Shown here: positions 60,383-64,000 of the stretch, piece by piece
Layout of the letters: every line of letters begins with the position of its first letter
How positions within the stretch are numbered: position 1 is the stretch's first letter
From: Myxococcota bacterium
GTDB lineage: Bacteria; Myxococcota_A; UBA9160; UBA6930
Direction of reading: 5' to 3'
Assembly: GCA_965223705.1 (NCBI GenBank)
Contig: OZ245015.1
Span: 1,536,001 to 1,600,000 of the forward strand
DNA: 64,000 nucleotides
Made by a program: the position numbers and the translations under genes
The notes under the pieces: generated by a model
What the model was told of the DNA's origin: nothing
The model's database searches: none
What the model saw: the letters and a program-made list of their open reading frames with translations, nothing else

Positions 60383-62851
60383 ATGTCACTGTTTCGGAAC
60401 GACGACGATTCGAACGACGAAGGTTCGGAAGAGGTCACGACAACGGGCGAGGACAAAGTCCTTCCCCTGCTTCCCCTTCGCGACATCGTCGTATTCCCCG
60501 GCATGGTCGTGCCGCTCTTTGTCGGGCGCCCGCGCTCGATCAAGGCGCTCGAGGATGCGGTCGGCACGGAGCGCGAGCTCTTGCTCTCCGCCCAACGCCA
60601 AGCCGCCACGGACGAGCCCGCCGCTGACGATATCTTCCGCATCGGGACGATCGGCTCGATCATCCAACTGCTCCGCCTGCCCGACGAGACGGTCAAGGTC
60701 CTGGTCGAGGGCAAGGCCCGGGCCGAGATCCAGAGCTTCGAGCAGGAAGAGCCCTTCTTCGCGTGCCGGGCCCGCGAGATCGCCGAGGCTACGGTCGCCA
60801 CCTCCCAGACCGAAGCGCTCGTTCGCAGTATTCACGCCTCGTTCGAAAAGTACGTGAAGCTCAACAAGAAGGTCCCGTCGGAAATTCTCAACACGGTGAC
60901 CCAGATCGAAGACGCCGGCCGGCTCGCCGACACGGTCGCGACGCATCTGAACCTGAAACTCGAAGATCGCCAGAAGCTTCTCGAGGTCTCGAACCCCGGC
61001 AAGCGGCTCGAGGACGTGTTCGCGCTGCTGCAAGCCGAGATCGAGGTTCTCGAAGTCGAGAAGCGCATCAGCGGTCGCGTCAAGAAGCAGATGGAGCGCT
61101 CCCAAAAGGAGTACTACCTGAACGAGCAGATGCGGGCGATCCAAAAAGAACTCGGCGAGCGCGACGAGTTCAAGAACGAGATCGCGGAGCTGGAAGAACA
61201 GCTCGCGAAGAAGAAGATGCCCGAAGAGGCGCGCGAACGAACCGACAAAGAGCTCCGCAAGCTCAAGATGATGTCGCCCATGAGCGCCGAAGCGACGGTG
61301 GTGCGCAACTACATCGATTGGATGATCGCGCTGCCGTGGGATGAGTACAAAGACGAGACCACCGACACGCTGGCGGCGGAAGGCACCCTGAACGAGGATC
61401 ACTTCGGCCTCGACAAGCCGAAGGAACGCATCCTCGAGTACCTGGCCGTTCAGGCGCTGGTCGGGAAGATGAAGGGCCCGATCCTGTGTCTGGTCGGTCC
61501 CCCGGGTGTCGGCAAGACATCCCTCGGTAAATCCATCGCGCGGGCCACGGGCCGCGATTTCGTGCGCATCAGCCTGGGCGGTGTGCGCGATGAGGCCGAG
61601 ATCCGCGGCCACCGGCGGACCTACATCGGCGCGTTGCCCGGCAAGATCATCCAGGGCTTGAAGAAAGCCGGCACGAGCAATCCGATCTTCCTCCTCGACG
61701 AGATCGACAAGATGTCGACCGACTTCCGGGGGGATCCGTCTTCGGCGCTCCTCGAGGTGCTCGATCCGGAGCAGAATCACACGTTCAACGATCACTACCT
61801 CGATCTCGACTACGACCTGTCGCGCGTGATGTTCGTCTGCACGGCGAACGTTTTGCACCAGATCCCGCGGCCGCTTCAAGACCGCATGGAGATCATCAAT
61901 ATCCCGGGCTACATCGAGAGCGAGAAGCTCCAGATCGCTCGCGATTTTCTGGTCAAAAAGCAACTCGAAGCGAACGGTCTCAACGACTCCCAGATCGCGT
62001 TCACGGATCAGGGGCTCCTCGAGATCATCCGGCGCTACACGCGGGAATCCGGCGTGCGGAACCTCGAGCGTGAAATCGCCTCGGTGTGTCGCAAGGTCGC
62101 CCGGGAAGTGGTGAAGGACAAGGACGCGAAGAAAGTGCGCGTCACACCCGGCGCCGTTCGCCGCTATTTGGGCATCGCGAAATACCGTTTCGGACGGGCG
62201 GAAGAGGAAGATCAGGTCGGCCTCTGCACAGGGCTGGCTTATACGGAGGTCGGCGGCGAACTGCTGACCACCGAAGTCGCGGTGACGCCGGGCAAGGGCA
62301 AGCTACAGGTGACCGGTCGCCTCGGCGAGGTCATGCAAGAGAGCGCGAACGCGGCGATCTCCTACATCCGCTCGCGTGCGAAGCAGCTCGGACTACAGCG
62401 CGACTTCTACTCAAAGGTCGACATCCACATTCACGTTCCCGAAGGCGCGACGCCGAAAGACGGTCCGTCCGCGGGTATCACGATTGCCACGGCTGTGGCG
62501 TCCGCGCTCACCCGGGTGCCAATTCGTTCCGATATCGCGATGACCGGCGAGATCACCCTGCGCGGTCGCGTGTTGCCCATCGGCGGCTTGAAGGAAAAGC
62601 TCATCGCGGCGCATCGGGGCGGGATCACGCATGTCCTCATTCCGAAAGAGAACGAGAAAGACCTGCGCGACATTCCCTCGATCATCAAGCGCAACGTCAA
62701 GATCACCATGGTCGAGCATATGGACGAAGTCTTGTCCCAGGCCCTGGCCCTCGATGACCCGGCCGCCTTCCTCCGCGAAGGGGATCACGTCGTCGAAGAT
62801 ATCTTCGACGTACCCACCGCTGGAGAACGCGCGCCCGCCGGCGTTAACTAG
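60383..62851 (+). CDS. lon: Lon protease
   Basis: [23 protein letters not shown]. Confidence 0.98.
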   Translation: MSLFRNDDDSNDEGSEEVTTTGEDKVLPLLPLRDIVVFPGMVVPLFVGRPRSIKALEDAVGTERELLLSAQRQAATDEPAADDIFRIGTIGSIIQLLRLPDETVKVLVEGKARAEIQSFEQEEPFFACRAREIAEATVATSQTEALVRSIHASFEKYVKLNKKVPSEILNTVTQIEDAGRLADTVATHLNLKLEDRQKLLEVSNPGKRLEDVFALLQAEIEVLEVEKRISGRVKKQMERSQKEYYLNEQMRAIQKELGERDEFKNEIAELEEQLAKKKMPEEARERTDKELRKLKMMSPMSAEATVVRNYIDWMIALPWDEYKDETTDTLAAEGTLNEDHFGLDKPKERILEYLAVQALVGKMKGPILCLVGPPGVGKTSLGKSIARATGRDFVRISLGGVRDEAEIRGHRRTYIGALPGKIIQGLKKAGTSNPIFLLDEIDKMSTDFRGDPSSALLEVLDPEQNHTFNDHYLDLDYDLSRVMFVCTANVLHQIPRPLQDRMEIINIPGYIESEKLQIARDFLVKKQLEANGLNDSQIAFTDQGLLEIIRRYTRESGVRNLEREIASVCRKVAREVVKDKDAKKVRVTPGAVRRYLGIAKYRFGRAEEEDQVGLCTGLAYTEVGGELLTTEVAVTPGKGKLQVTGRLGEVMQESANAAISYIRSRAKQLGLQRDFYSKVDIHIHVPEGATPKDGPSAGITIATAVASALTRVPIRSDIAMTGEITLRGRVLPIGGLKEKLIAAHRGGITHVLIPKENEKDLRDIPSIIKRNVKITMVEHMDEVLSQALALDDPAAFLREGDHVVEDIFDVPTAGERAPAGVN

Positions 62852-62867
62852 GCCTCCGGGCCCGCGT

Positions 62868-62943
62868 GGGCGTGTAGCTCAGCTGGTAGAGCACCTGGTT
62901 TACACCCAGGCGGTCGGCGGTTCGATCCCGTCCGCGCCCACCA
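62868..62943 (+). tRNA. tRNA-Val(TAC)
   Basis: 76-nt cloverleaf, CCTGG-TT-TAC-AC-CCAGG, encoded CCA. Confidence 0.97.
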
Positions 62944-62947
62944 ACGG

Positions 62948-63265
62948 TTACTCCGAGACTTTGACCACCATTTCCATCCCCGGATGGATGGCGCAGCGAA
63001 CCGTGTGGTCGCCCACCTTGGAGAATGTCACCGACGTGGACTCCCCGGGCTTCTGCAGCTTGAGATTGAACTTCGAGCCGGGGCTCTGCGAGAAGACATT
63101 GTGCGCGACGGTATCGTCGTTGACGAAAGTCACCGTGTCGTCTTTCTTTATCGAGAGCTCGACGGGCGTGAAAACCTTGCCCTTTTGAGAGATGGCGTGC
63201 TCCTCCGCCGATGCGCTCACCGCCAGCAGAAGCGAATATGCCGCTAGTCCTAGGAATTTTTTCAT
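62948..63265 (-). CDS. Exported cupredoxin (amicyanin/plastocyanin-like)
   Basis: Signal peptide; HNV and CAIHPGM type-1 Cu ligands. Confidence 0.88.
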   Translation of the reverse strand: MKKFLGLAAYSLLLAVSASAEEHAISQKGKVFTPVELSIKKDDTVTFVNDDTVAHNVFSQSPGSKFNLKLQKPGESTSVTFSKVGDHTVRCAIHPGMEMVVKVSE

Positions 63266-63275
63266 CGTCCTCTCC

Positions 63276-64000
63276 TTATTGAGGTGCCGCCGGCACCGCC
63301 ACCGGATCATCGTCGCTGGTCAAACTTCTGAGAAATTCGACGAGGTCGTTTTTTTCGGCCTCGGTGAGTCCAAGTGGTCGGATCTCCGCGGAAAGAGACC
63401 GCCTCTTCAGACGACCTCCGGCGTCGTAGAGATCGACGACGTCCCCAAGGCTTCGCTCGCTGCCGTTGTGCATATAGGGCGCGCGACGATCCACGTTTCG
63501 GAGCGTGGGCGTCTTGAAAGCGTGCTCGAGCACATCGATGCCTTCAAACAACGCGCCCCGGCCGAGGTCTTCGGTGGCCACGCCGATGTCGTGGAAACTA
63601 TCGTCCGTGAAACGCCAACCCGAGTGGCAGGCGGCGCAGTTCCCCTTGCCTTCGAAGATTGCAAACCCTCGCTTTGCGGCCGGGGAGATCGCACTTTCGT
63701 CGCCAGCCACCCACGCATCAAAGGGCGCTTCTGCAGAGACCACGGTCCGTTCGAAGTTGGCGATCGCCCGAGCGATCGTTGATGTTGTGATTCCCTCCCC
63801 GGGGTAAGCTGCTTCGAAAAGCCCGCCGTACTCGGGAATCGACCGAAGCCTTGCGACTAACTGATCGAGCGGCAGCGCCATTTCGCCAGGCGCTTCAATG
63901 GGGCCGAGCGCCTGCTCCTCCAGCGTACCCGCTCGGCCGTCCCAAAATAGCGCTTCAGCCCAAGCCAGATTCAAGATCGTCGGTGTTCGCCGACCCAGTT
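63276..64000 (-). CDS. Di-heme cytochrome c peroxidase/MauG family, 5' end outside the window
   Basis: FWDGRA..LEEQ, CAACH, FKTPTLRN, PYMHNG. Confidence 0.88.
   Translation of the reverse strand, partial: LGRRTPTILNLAWAEALFWDGRAGTLEEQALGPIEAPGEMALPLDQLVARLRSIPEYGGLFEAAYPGEGITTSTIARAIANFERTVVSAEAPFDAWVAGDESAISPAAKRGFAIFEGKGNCAACHSGWRFTDDSFHDIGVATEDLGRGALFEGIDVLEHAFKTPTLRNVDRRAPYMHNGSERSLGDVVDLYDAGGRLKRRSLSAEIRPLGLTEAEKNDLVEFLRSLTSDDDPVAVPAAPQ

Overview
GC-rich bacterial chromosomal window, mostly housekeeping genes. The PilT paralogue, PilZ, vWA and KamA/ATP-grasp content suggests Myxococcota or Deltaproteobacteria (inference). Core genes are rpoZ, an amidase-rph-rdgB block, murJ, tig-clpP-clpX-lon and three tRNAs (Lys-CTT, Leu-TAG, Val-TAC). 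Items absent from or split in the ORF track: a 30-aa bS22-like ribosomal protein (615-707), a ~335-bp inverted-repeat element, and an AhpD-like CxxU selenoprotein read through UGA with a SECIS-like hairpin. The best candidates for undescribed systems are: (i) a coupled ATP-grasp ligase / KamA-like aminomutase with an altered substrate pocket / MurJ / oxoprolinase operon; (ii) an alpha/beta-hydrolase-DedA-ATP-grasp triple fusion with an OlsB-like N-acyltransferase and a nearby PlsC/OlsA-like acyltransferase, a putative aminolipid pathway; (iii) a cluster of three different Rieske-fusion proteins. All calls come from reading motifs by eye; no searches were run.
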